This document shows positions 1 through 10,443 of a DNA stretch of 64,000 bases, in pieces. The notes beneath the pieces were generated by a model that was not told the DNA's origin, did not search any database, and worked only from the letters and a program-made list of their open reading frames with translations. Source of the DNA: Mantamonas sphyraenae STR306 (Eukaryota > Protista > CRuMs). The stretch is taken from positions 62,001 to 126,000 of the forward strand of contig JAPMXV010000071.1 in NCBI GenBank assembly GCA_026936335.1, read 5' to 3'. Numbering within the stretch: the stretch's first letter is position 1; each line of letters opens with the position of its first letter. The position numbers and the translations under genes are program-made.

Positions 1-33
<33 letters not shown>
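1..33. repeat. (TG)n microsatellite inside an intron of the minus-strand PH gene
   Basis: Direct: uninterrupted TG run at the window start. Confidence 0.95.
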
Positions 34-36
<3 letters not shown>

Positions 37-49
37 CTGGGCGACGTAC

Positions 50-472
50 CTCTTCGCTGGGAGCCTGCAGAAAATAGGCTCTGCGCTTGGGATGGAAGAT
101 GCCAAAGGTGTTTCGGCGGTCTGTGTGCTGCTCGGCGGTTGCCACGCTGCACCCGTTGAGGTCGATGGAGCCACGCTGGATGCCTGCTTGCTTGTCTTGG
201 TATGTTAGGAAGTAGTTGAGGCAGCAGTCTTCGGGCTTGAGGACAAAGTAGCGATCACGCCAGCGGCGGAACACATCGCTTTGCTTGCACAGCGTGCCTT
301 CCTTTGCCAGCCAGTCGTCGACCTCAGAAGTGTCGTCTGTGTCCTCGCTTGATGGCTCTTCCCCGAGCAGCTCACTGACGAGGTCCTCGGTCATCATCGA
401 TCCGCGCTGCTGAAGAGCAGTCTGGCCCTCTTGGTCTCCGCTTGCCTCGCTGCTGCTGCTGCTGCTGCTTCC

Positions 473-503
<31 letters not shown>

Positions 504-748
504 GAGGAAGACGACACCCCGGCCCCAAATGCCTCTTTGTCGTCGTCGCCGTCGTCCTCGAGACTCTGCAGCTCCTTGGCGTCGATCTCCAGTTGAGCGG
601 CAAGTTGGGAGCGTTCTTGCTTCACATCAAAGCCACCAGAGTTCTCCTGCTGCTCGTGCTCGTGCTCAGTGGTCTCCACAGCGAGGGCAGAGAAGAATGC
701 CTCGTCAAAGATGGTGATCTTGACGTCGGCAAACGGGTCGCTGCTCAT
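50..748 (-). CDS. PH-domain protein, first exon (continues off the left edge)
   Basis: Manual translation: MSSDPFADVK...KEGTLCKQSDVFRRWRDRYFVLKPEDCCLNYF...GSIDLNGCSV...NTFGIFHPKRRAYFLQAPSEE, then a GTACGT donor at 49. Not in the ORF track. Confidence 0.85.
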
Positions 749-823
749 GCAATTCAATTCCGTGGGCAGGCGCCGTGGCCGCCAAAGCAAATTTCAGCAG
801 AGCTCTGCGTGACCACGAAGGGC

Positions 824-3238
824 ATGGCAGCGACGGGCGCAAGCACGGGCGGCATGGCCACAGAGCTGTTTGGATTGGAAAAGGAACTGAATTGCTCGAT
901 TTGGTAGGTGTGCGTGTGTGTGGAGAGAGCGAGAGTCGTGAGGAATCGCTCACCTTTTCCTGCCGCTCGTCTGCACACAGCCTGGGCATCTATGACGACC
1001 CATACTCGACGCCATGCAATCACCAGTTTTGCAAGTAAGTGAATGGGCGAGTGTTTGGTGGCGTGAGCATGCACACACAGCTGCAGGAGCGCAAAGGATG
1101 TTTTTGGCGCGCGCGCTCGGGTTGTCAGGAACTCACAGGGGACCCATCGCCGCAGGGAGTGCATTCTGCAGTCATTACGTGTGACGAGCGCCTGCCCGCT
1201 CTGCAAGTGTCCGATGTACAAGCGGGCACTGTCGCGCAACCCACAGCTGGCCAACATCATCAACGCGTACCGGTCGATCAAGCAGGCCATGGAACCGGCG
1301 GAGCCGCAAGTGGCCAAAGAGGCCGTGGTCGAGCGCGTGTACCAGGAGGGCCCACTGCTCACCGAGGAGGAGATCAAACAGATGTTCCCAGACCCAGTGA
1401 AGCACAGCAAGATACTTGCACACAGGGAAAGCAAGAAGCTGGGCAAGACCAAAGGTTCGGACGATCCCATGCAGGAGGAGGAGACTCACAAAGGGCAGGA
1501 GGAGGTTGAGGACAACGACGAAGATGAGGATGACGACGAGATGGCTGTCCTGAGCCCACAATTGGTCAACACAGACGCGAATGTACAGACGCGCCGTACG
1601 CGCAGGCGCAGCAGGAGCCGCACGAGTGAATCAGACACAGACAAGGTGGCTGCAGAGGTGCAAGAGCTGCTTCAGAAGAGGACAACACGTGCGGGGCGCA
1701 AGAAACTTGAAACACTGACCATGCAGCTGCCGGAAGAAGTGGGGACCATCATAGGCGCGACGTCCCCGTCCAAGGGCAGCCGCAGGCGATCAAGGACACG
1801 GCGAAGCACAGAGGAGGATGAGGATGAGGAGGGAACAGAGGTTGGCAGCGAGCCGAGTGTGACACGAGGAAGGCGAGGCGGGCGAAGGAGAAGTCGCAGC
1901 CGCAGTCGATCTGGCCGCAAGCAGAAGAAGAAGGGCGGTCGAATGAGGAAAAGCTCACCCGACGACTGGAAGAGACAGTTGGAAGCACAGAGCAACGGCA
2001 AGTATCGTACACGTACACGTGTGTTTACGGAACAGGCGACCGGCAACACGCAAGAAGAAGACGAAGATGAGGATGAGAACATGTTGGAGCAGGAGGAGGA
2101 GCAGGAAGAGGAAACGCACCACAACGAGGCCGTGCGGCTGTCTGCATCGCCCATGGAAGAGAAGAAGCGCAAGCGGGATGACACGGAGCAGGAAGACGAC
2201 CTGTTGGAAGATGACGGCCAGGAGCTTGTGGAAGCAGCAACGACTACGACGACGACAACGACGACAACGAGCACCAGCAGCAGTAGCAGCAGTGGAAGCA
2301 GGGAAGGAGACGGTGAGGGTGACGACGAGGCAGAGCTGAATGACAGCGAGCGCAAACAACGAGACACAGCGCGGTGGGTGGAATCGATGAAGCAGGAGCT
2401 GGCCCAACAGGACGCACAGGTAAAGTCTGTGCACACACAACTGAAAGCTCGTGTGGCAGCAGCATCGACGGCGCCGCCTGCAGCGAAAAGACCGCGGCTG
2501 ATGCTTGCGTCGTCGTCGAACCAGACGAACCAGGGGTCTCCGTCGCGCAGGGCAGCGTCGTTGCTGAGCAGGCCGCTCGTGCTCATGTACACGGGCCTGG
2601 ATTCCAAGACGAAAGTGCTGCTGAAGAAACTGGCAGCCAAGTGCGGATGGAAGGTAGTGCGCGAATACTCGGAGGATGTGACGCACGTGATCGCCGGCAC
2701 CGACGAGTCCAACTGCGCGAAGCGCACGATGAAGTTGATGCACGCCATGGTGGCGGGCAAGTGGATTGTCAACGCACGCTGGATCATGACGTCGGTGCGC
2801 GCAAACTGCCTGGTGAAGGAGATCGACTTTGAGGTGGCGGGCGACGGGATCGGCCTGGGTGGACCAAGGCTAGCTCGCATGCGCAGGCAGACAGGACAGC
2901 CAGGCTTGCTTCACGGCTGGCGCGTCCACCTGCACGGCGAGTTTACGGACCCGCGGCCGTCGAAACGCGAAGTGGCACAGCTTGTGGAGCAGAGCCAGGG
3001 AGAGGTGTTGCGCCGCATTCCGCGTGCGGGCGACGCAGACTCTGTGTCACGTCCGCTGGGGGCGTTTCAGAGTGCACGAAACGACAAGACGGTGATCATA
3101 GTTGACGATGAGGTGGACGCGGACACGCGCCGGCAACTGGCCACCCAGAGCGGATGCGACGTCGTCACGCTCGACTGGCTCCTCGATTCCATCAGCTTGT
3201 TTATTGTGCAGTCACGAGAGCAGTACACGTGTGCGTGA
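824..3238 (+). CDS. BRCA1: BRCA1-like protein (N-terminal C3HC4 RING, acidic/basic linker, tandem BRCT); 2 introns (~904-980, ~1035-1155)
   Basis: Spliced RING [29 protein letters not shown]...CPLCK. C-terminal BRCT pair RTMKLMHAMVAGKWIVNARWI, DFEVAGD..GGPRLAR, VVTLDWLLDSIS. No ankyrin repeats, so not BARD1. Confidence 0.8.
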
Positions 3239-3303
3239 TCAGCGACACGTTAGCATTGTGCAGTCACGAGAGCAGAACACGTGTGCGTGATCAGCGACAC
3301 GTT
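3203..3303. repeat. Tandem direct duplication (49 bp copies, period 52, 1 mismatch) spanning two convergent stop codons
   Basis: ATTGTGCAGTCACGAGAGCAG(T/A)ACACGTGTGCGTGATCAGCGACACGTT at 3203-3251 and 3255-3303. Confidence 0.95.
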
Positions 3304-5058
3304 TTCAGCAGCGACGCGTTTGCATTCTCCCAGTCTGTCAGCAGCTGTGCCTTGCCAGCATCGGTGATGGCCTGTCCCAGAGCAGCTCGCTTCTGGGCAA
3401 ACCAGCGCAGATATGGAGTGGTCTTGAGGCGAAAGGTGCGGCACGGAGTGCCCGGACGCGCACGCGTCAGCGACCGGATGTCGTCCATGAACTTGACGAA
3501 TTCGCGCAGGAGCATGCGTTTGGCGTCGCTGCGGAACGTCTGCTTGAGCGCAGGCGTGTTCTGCGCCACAAAGTCCAGAAACAGATTGACGCTGGGCACA
3601 AACTTGGCCATTTGCTTGCGCGAGTGAGCAAGACGCTGGGCCGATGCAGCCTCGTTCACGCGTTGCTCAAATGTGGGCACAAACTGCTGGGCCTCTGATT
3701 TAAGATTGCCACTCGTGCACTTGTCAGCAGCCTTGCGTGCGCTGTCCAGCACCAGCCGCAGATCGGCCTCGTCCAGCTCGGGCAGATGGGCAGCCACACG
3801 CGCAATCTCCAAATGAACCAGACAGTCGTACAGCTCCATCCATTGGAAAAGGGAGCGCTGTGGCAACGCCAGCGAGGCGCCACGCTTCAGCCACGGGAAC
3901 GCACTCTTGGCGTCGCCGGACAGACGGTAGTGCTGTCCAATGTAAAACCATGGGTCGCACCGTTCAGGATCCTCCTCCGTGGCTCGTTTGTAGTACGCAA
4001 ATGCCTTGTCCCAGTCCTTGTAGAAGCGCTCCTGGATCTCGGCTTGCTTCAGCACCGCAAACCACTTCTCCTCCAGGTTGCCCGTGGGAAGGGCAATGCG
4101 CCTGTCAAAGTACTCCACTGCCTTGGCCAGACTCTGCCAGTGTTCGGGTCCAGGGTCGTCCTTGGCCACCAGAAACTTGTCAAAGTGCGCGTACGCGAGG
4201 TAATACAGCGTGCGTGGGTCGTCGGGGTAGTCCACCAGGTCCTTCTTCAGGTAAAAGATGTAACTGTAGGTTGAGGGCGAGTGTGTGAGGGCACACAGTG
4301 TGGGTGTGAGATTGGGTCAACAGAGAGAGACTTCGGAACGCGTGATATCCCCCCTCTCTCTCCCCTTGTGTTCCCACTCACTTGTCAAACTTCTTTCCCG
4401 TGCGGTCCTGGTAGCCTCCAGAGCGTTCTTCGATGGGCAAGTCGATGAGGGTCTGGAACACCTCCTGGTTGGGCATTTTGGGCACTTCGACAATCTGGTG
4501 GACGCGGCGGGAGACCTTGGCGCCCTTGATGTTGCGGTAGATCCAGTCCAGCTTGCGTTCATGCAGGTGGTCCTCGGTCCAGATGGAAAACATGTGCTTG
4601 GAGCAGCGCACGTCGAGCTGCATCTTGTCCAGGGTGTCGCGCATGGGCGCAAAGTCGGCGTCCGCCACAATGCCGTGTGTGGCCTGTGGGAACAGTTCCA
4701 GGCCACGCTCCACAAGTTTCGTCCACGTGGGTCCCATCCCATCAAAGTGCACCGTCATCATTTCGCCTGGCAGGTGGCCCAGGTGCTTACGGATGATTTC
4801 CGGCGAGTTGTCTGTGTTTTTCTCGTCAATGGCCACAATCCAGTAGTCGATGATCTTGGCCCATCGCGGCAGGGTTCGGTCTAGGTTTTCTGCCTCGTCG
4901 CGTGTCAGCATGGTCAGGATGAGGGTTCCGGGTTGCCGTGCCTCCACACAGCCTCCGTTGTTCCCTGCCAGCACCACACACAACACCACAGTTGCCCACA
5001 TGGTTGTCACAGCAGCCACAACGTGTGCCATCCGCCTATGCGTTCTATGCGTTGACAT
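3291..5058 (-). CDS. Glycosyltransferase family 2 plus TPR protein with signal peptide/anchor; intron 4264-4381
   Basis: Hydrophobic N-terminus; [27 protein letters not shown] motif, RRVHQ; [12 protein letters not shown] followed by TPR helices. Confidence 0.8.
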
Positions 5059-5137
5059 CTTCCCCTCGCTCTCGGGATTTGGGCAAGAAGGTTGCCACCG
5101 CTTGCGCACCCAACCCATTTCTCCGCAACACCGCACC

Positions 5138-5298
5138 ATGCCTCGCGAAATCATCAGTCTCGCCATCGGCCAGTGTGGCAACCAGAGTAAGTGTGTGGCT
5201 CGTGTTGTGCACGCTCAGCCGAGCGTCACTCGCGAAGAACAGTGCTCTCGCATCGTTCCAGCACCCTGCGTTTCCATGGCTTCATGCTCACTCATCCA

Positions 5299-5331
<33 letters not shown>

Positions 5332-6946
5332 TCGTGCACGTGTCTTCCCCGTTCCACAGTTAACCAGGAGTTTTGGAAGCGCCTGTGTGCCGAGCACGGC
5401 ATCAACGAGGAGGGCCAGCTCGAAGAGTTTGCCACCGACGGCAACGATCGCAAGGACGTGTTTTTCTACCAGGCCGACGACGAACACTACATTCCGCGCG
5501 CTCTGCTGCTGGATCTGGAACCGGGAGTGCGTTTGGCGCGGATTTTGGCTTTTTGCGCGCGCTTTTTTGTTCAGGCTGCCGCTCACACGTTCACCCTTGC
5601 ACGCATGCGTACGCGCTTCCCTTTTTGCCGCGCACAGGTCATCAACCACATCCAAAAGTCCGCCTACGCCAACCTGTACAACCCGGAAAACATCTTTGTT
5701 AGCGAACACGGAGGCGGCGCGGGAAACATCTGGGCGAGCGGTGCGTTGTTTGTTGCTCGCGTGTGGGAGCAAGCGTAGTGTGCATGTCGGAGTCCACCTC
5801 ACCGTGGCAATCACATCTGGGAACCCCATCACTCACACGTATAGCCCAAACGCATGCGTTCACGTGCCCACAGGCTATGCCAACGCGGAGAAAGTGAGCG
5901 AAGAGATCATGGAGATGATCGACCGCGAAGCCGAGGGGTCAGACTCGCTGGAGGGCTTTGTGATGAGCCACTCGATTGCAGGTGGCACGGGCTCGGGTAT
6001 GGGCTCGTTTATGCTGGAGCGGCTGAATGACCGCTATCCGAAGAAGCTGATCCAGACGTACAGCGTGTTCCCCAACCAGAACGAAACAAGCGACGTGGTT
6101 GTGCAGCCCTACAACTGTGTGCTGACCATGAAGCGTCTGACACTGAATGCCGACTGTGTGGTGGTGCTGGACAACACGGCGCTGAACCGCATTGCTTCAG
6201 ATCGCCTGCACATCAACAACCCGTCGTTTGACGACACCAACGCCATTGTGAGCACGGTGATGGCTGCCAGCACAACGACCCTGCGCTACCCGGGCTACAT
6301 GAACAACGATCTTATTGGACTGCTGGCATCGCTGATCCCCACGCCCCGCTGCCACTTTTTGATGACTGGCTACACGCCGCTGGCGCTGGACACACAGAAA
6401 CAGCAGAGTGTGCGCAAAACAACGGTGCTGGACGTCATGCGACGCCTGCTCCAGCCCAAGAACATCATGGTGAGCGCCCCGACGCGAAAGGGCTGCTACA
6501 TCTCCATTCTGAACATTATCCAGGGCGAAGTGGACCCGACGCAGGTGCACAAATCGCTCCAGCGCATTCGCGAGCGCAAACTGGCCAACTTTATCCCGTG
6601 GGGACCGGCCAGCATCCAGGTGGCGCTGTCGCACAAGTCGCCGTACGTCAAGACGTCGCACAGGGTCAGCGGCCTCATGATGGCCAACCACACAAGCATC
6701 AACCGCCTGTTTGCACAGAGTGTGTCCCAGTACGACAAGCTGCGCAACAAGAACGCCTTCCTGAACAACTACCGCAAGGAGTCGATGTTTTCCGACGGCC
6801 TCGAGGAGTTTGACCACTCGCGGGAGATTGTGCAGGGGCTCATTGACGAGTACCGTGCCAGCGAGACGGAAGAGTATCTGGATTGGGGCTTTGATGACGA
6901 CGACGCAGATGCAGGGAGCAGCAGCAGTTCGTCGTCGTCGTCGTGA
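5138..6946 (+). CDS. TUBG1: Gamma-tubulin; 3 introns (~5187-5359, ~5527-5637, ~5741-5873)
   Basis: [70 protein letters not shown]. Confidence 0.97.
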
Positions 6947-6997
6947 TGTCCTGTCGGGTGGGGGTGGTCGGGACACGAACAAATTGTCATGTGTACT

Positions 6998-7810
6998 CTA
7001 CAGTTTGGCCTTCATGCTTGTCGAGCGTGACCTCATGAAGAAACTGGCCACAGCTTCGATGCACTCGTCACTGCACGCGCGGACACGCATCACTCGCATT
7101 TCCTTGGCGTTGACATCGTGGAGCTTCTTGCGCAATTCGGGCGGGCGAAGCAGGGCTTTGGCAGAAAGGAGGGCCTGCGGCGGGAGCTCACACAATTCCT
7201 TGGCCTTGGCCAGGACGGCGTCGTGGAAGCCTGTGTCCGGGAGGATCTGCGAAACAAGGCCGACCTCGAGGGCGGTGGAGGCATCCATCTCTTCGCCGGC
7301 AATGAGGAGGGCATTGGCACGAATTGGGCCCATGACACGGGGCATGAGGTAGGAGGAGCAGCATTCGGGGGATTGGCCAAGGGCGACAAAAGGGCAGCGG
7401 AAGGTTGCGCTCTCGCGGGCAATGACCATGTCGGCCATGGGCAACAGGGTGACGCCCACACCGATGGCCTTTCCCGCGCCGACTATGAGAAGCTTGGAAA
7501 AGTCGATGAGAGTGTCGCAGAAGCTGCCAAAGGTCTCTGTGAGCAGCTGGATCTGCTCTTCGTGCGTGCAGTCGACCACAGCGGCTGCATAGAGGTCATT
7601 GCCCGAAGTGAACCAGTCGCCCGTGCCCTGTGCAGACGTGAGCACAGCCACCTTGATATCCGAGCTCTCGTCCGCCTGCTTCAGAGCCCTCTCGATCACC
7701 CGGTAGCCGTCGATGTCGATTGCATTCTTCCTGCGTGGCTTGTTCAGTTCGATGAGCAGCAAGGGCCCATCCACAGTGACGTCGACGCCCGACTCTGACA
7801 CAGTGGACAT
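6998..7810 (-). CDS. Peroxisomal enoyl-CoA delta isomerase (ECI2-like crotonase)
   Basis: LNKPRRKNAI, FTSGNDL, AIGVGVTLL, PFVALGQSPECCSS; C-terminal PTS1 AKL. Confidence 0.88.
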   Translation of the reverse strand: MSTVSESGVDVTVDGPLLLIELNKPRRKNAIDIDGYRVIERALKQADESSDIKVAVLTSAQGTGDWFTSGNDLYAAAVVDCTHEEQIQLLTETFGSFCDTLIDFSKLLIVGAGKAIGVGVTLLPMADMVIARESATFRCPFVALGQSPECCSSYLMPRVMGPIRANALLIAGEEMDASTALEVGLVSQILPDTGFHDAVLAKAKELCELPPQALLSAKALLRPPELRKKLHDVNAKEMRVMRVRACSDECIEAVASFFMRSRSTSMKAKL

Positions 7811-7865
7811 GTTTGGCCGTGCTGGCGGAGCGACGTTGCGGCCAATGCAGAACGAGCGGCTGGCC

Positions 7866-9239
7866 ATGTGGCCCATGGGCATGAAACTGCTTGTGCTGTT
7901 GCTCGTCTCACTCTTGTGTGTGTCGTTGCTGGTTGGATGGCGTCTGCATGCGGATTTGGGCGAGGAGGGGCTGGCGAGACTCGTCACCAACCGAGATCTC
8001 GAGCAGATGATACCAGATTGGAAGCCCATGACACTCGTCAAGAGATGCAAAAGGGGCTGTAGCATTCCATCCGAATGGGTCGATTTGATGGAGCGCTTCC
8101 CTGAAGTTGTGCGAGGGTTTGCCGCCACAGAACTTGTCGCTGACGTCATTGCTCGGCAACGAGTCCCGGAAGATGCCTTTGTGACCATCCACGGAGCGTA
8201 CATCCCGTGGGAACGCATGGAAGGCTTGTCTCTGGCGACAGTGGCTTCCAGATTGAACAACACGTCGTGGTGGGATGGAGAATCGAGTGTGCAGCTCGTG
8301 AAGGCGACCTGCCGAGACATTGACTCGCTGCAGGAAGCCTTTCAAGCACAGATGTTGTCACAGTGGAGGAGTGTGGTGTGGAACATCAGTGAGACGAGGG
8401 AGGGTGGCTTCGGGTGCGTCCTTGAGATTCGATCCCAGTACGACCCATCATCGCTTGTTCTTGCGCGATCGCCTGTGCTGGATGCGGCCACAAAGATGAT
8501 GGCGTGGGTGGAAGAACAACCGTGGACAGGGAATGGATTGTGTGCCGCCTCTCGTGGCCTCGTTCATGTGTCGCTCGCAAACGGCACGCCACGGCAGCGG
8601 GTGCTGATGCAGCAACTTGCCTTTGCGCGCCTGTCCGACGTGTCAGTGTGCACCACAGAGTACAGGTGGGCTGCCAAACAGAACGAATCCATCCGGATCC
8701 AGTTGTCTGTGAAACACGACGTTGCGCTGGAGCAATTCGGATCTGTGGGGATGCCCGAATGGAGGTTCTCCCACGAGGACACACTGTCCATTGCAGATGC
8801 AGTGCAATTTGTGCAAAACGTGAGAGACACGCCAATCAAGATGTCCGACAAGCAGCACTTTGACAATTGCGTTGGGAAGCATGCGAACGACGATGTGACG
8901 GAACTGACCCACGACAACGCCATGAAAGTGCTGTCACGAGGCACGTGGGTGCTACGTGTCTACGCGTTCTACTCGGGTCACTGCAAGGCGTTTGGGCCCG
9001 TGTTTGCCTCACATGCTCGCGCACACAAGAGCAATGGGTCCAGTGTCCAGTTTGCCCAGATCGACCTCGGGTGCAATTCCGTCCCTGTGCTCAAGGATGC
9101 ATCGGGTGGACCGTTTGATCCGGCAGGCTATAGTCGCTTGTGGTTCGTAGAAGATGGGCATGTGGTGCGTGAGGTGGACCGCAACGAGCTTCGCTCAACG
9201 CTGTTGCAGCCAACGAAATCCAAAACAGCGAACGGGTGA
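7866..9239 (+). CDS. Signal-anchored protein with a C-terminal thioredoxin/PDI-like domain (SGHC)
   Basis: Hydrophobic N-terminus; VTELTHDN...WVLRVYAFYSGHCKAFGPVF...VQFAQIDL. Confidence 0.65.
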   Translation: MWPMGMKLLVLLLVSLLCVSLLVGWRLHADLGEEGLARLVTNRDLEQMIPDWKPMTLVKRCKRGCSIPSEWVDLMERFPEVVRGFAATELVADVIARQRVPEDAFVTIHGAYIPWERMEGLSLATVASRLNNTSWWDGESSVQLVKATCRDIDSLQEAFQAQMLSQWRSVVWNISETREGGFGCVLEIRSQYDPSSLVLARSPVLDAATKMMAWVEEQPWTGNGLCAASRGLVHVSLANGTPRQRVLMQQLAFARLSDVSVCTTEYRWAAKQNESIRIQLSVKHDVALEQFGSVGMPEWRFSHEDTLSIADAVQFVQNVRDTPIKMSDKQHFDNCVGKHANDDVTELTHDNAMKVLSRGTWVLRVYAFYSGHCKAFGPVFASHARAHKSNGSSVQFAQIDLGCNSVPVLKDASGGPFDPAGYSRLWFVEDGHVVREVDRNELRSTLLQPTKSKTANG

Positions 9240-9260
9240 CCTCACATAGAGCAGAAAGTG

Positions 9261-10046
9261 ATGAGTGAATCAAAGTCATCGTTGGAGATTCTGGCAGACC
9301 TGCCATTGCGTCGCTACGACGCGAAAACCGGCGAATTTCTTGAAGAAGTCACGTACAAGACGCTGTGGCAGCCAAGCAAGGGGTACGACAAGGTGATTGT
9401 CAAGATGATGCGCCGTTTTGGCTGTCCGCTGTGTCGTCACGCCGTGGGCCGTCTGAACAAGGCAAGGCCGCTGCTCGACTCTCTGGGCATCGCCGTCGCA
9501 GTGGTGGGCCTCGAGGAGTACATGATGGACGACTTTGTGGCTCGTGGTTTCTGGAAGGGTAGGTTTTGGACGCATGCACGAGATGCAGAAGTGGTGTTCA
9601 GGCTGCAGCGAAGAGGTTGAAGGTGGGAAAAACTCGCCGACGCTGACTCTGCGCGTGCAGGCGACCATATCTACGTGGACGAGGGAAAGCAGGGATACAA
9701 GGACCTCGGGCTCAAGGTGATGGGGTTCTGGGACAGCGGCTATGGCCTCTTGGACAAATCGACGATCGCAGCGTACAAAAAGGCCAATAGTGAAGGCGCA
9801 GACTCCCCGACGATGAATGGGGATGGCATGCAACTGGGCGCCACGTTTGTGATCCAGTGTGACGACGACAAGCCCAGCCTGCTTCAGGAATATCGAATGG
9901 TCAACTATGCAGACGAGATTCAGCTCCCACAGATCCTCGAGGATTTGGGCCACGACGCAAAGGAAACCATGGCCAAGTTTGATTTGGAGATGGACGAAGA
10001 AGACGGCGGAGTGAAAGTGTGCTCCTCCGACTTTTGCGAACTTTGA
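9261..10046 (+). CDS. Peroxiredoxin-like 2 (FAM213/AhpC-TSA_2) protein; intron ~9559-9660
   Basis: RRFGCPLCR, GFWKG-DHIYVDE, GDGMQLGATFVI. Confidence 0.85.
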
Positions 10047-10135
10047 ATGGCAGGGAAAGGGACGGAGACGACGAAAAGTGAGGGGAGAACATGGAAGCTT
10101 TCGTTCAATTCTGCTCACTGCTGGCCTGTGGGTGC

Positions 10136-10363
10136 TCATGAGCTGTGAGCCTTGTCGTCTTGTGCAGTTGCGTTCTTGTTTGTAGTGTCTGTTTGGGTGC
10201 CTGCCACCACCCGCTTTGCAGCTCCAGTCGTGTTTCCAAAGAGCTTGGCGTAGATGCCGCCGCAAGTGGCGGTGACGGCCATCACCAAGGCCATGAGTAC
10301 GATCAAGACAAAGTTCAACACAGACACAAGTGCAAATTGCACACCTTGGACGACTCGTTGCAT
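10136..10363 (-). CDS. Possible small single-pass membrane protein
   Basis: 75-aa ORF with a hydrophobic stretch filling an otherwise empty gap; no homology recognised. Confidence 0.35.
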   Translation of the reverse strand: MQRVVQGVQFALVSVLNFVLIVLMALVMAVTATCGGIYAKLFGNTTGAAKRVVAGTQTDTTNKNATAQDDKAHSS

Positions 10364-10443
10364 GATGGGTGCACGAAAATGCCTGTGTGGAGGGCGGTTT
10401 TTGTTGTGGGATCCAGCGGAGTGGTCTTCTCCGCCACTGCTCG

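Noticed and set aside
3203-3303. Direct repeat considered as a CRISPR array or transposon target-site duplication
   Set aside because: Only two copies, a 3-nt spacer, and no cas or transposase gene; eukaryotic context
9400-10110. Possible selenoprotein (SelU-like) or UGA readthrough in the PRXL2-like gene
   Set aside because: The active site is encoded as Cys-x-x-Cys, and I recognised no SECIS in the short 3' region
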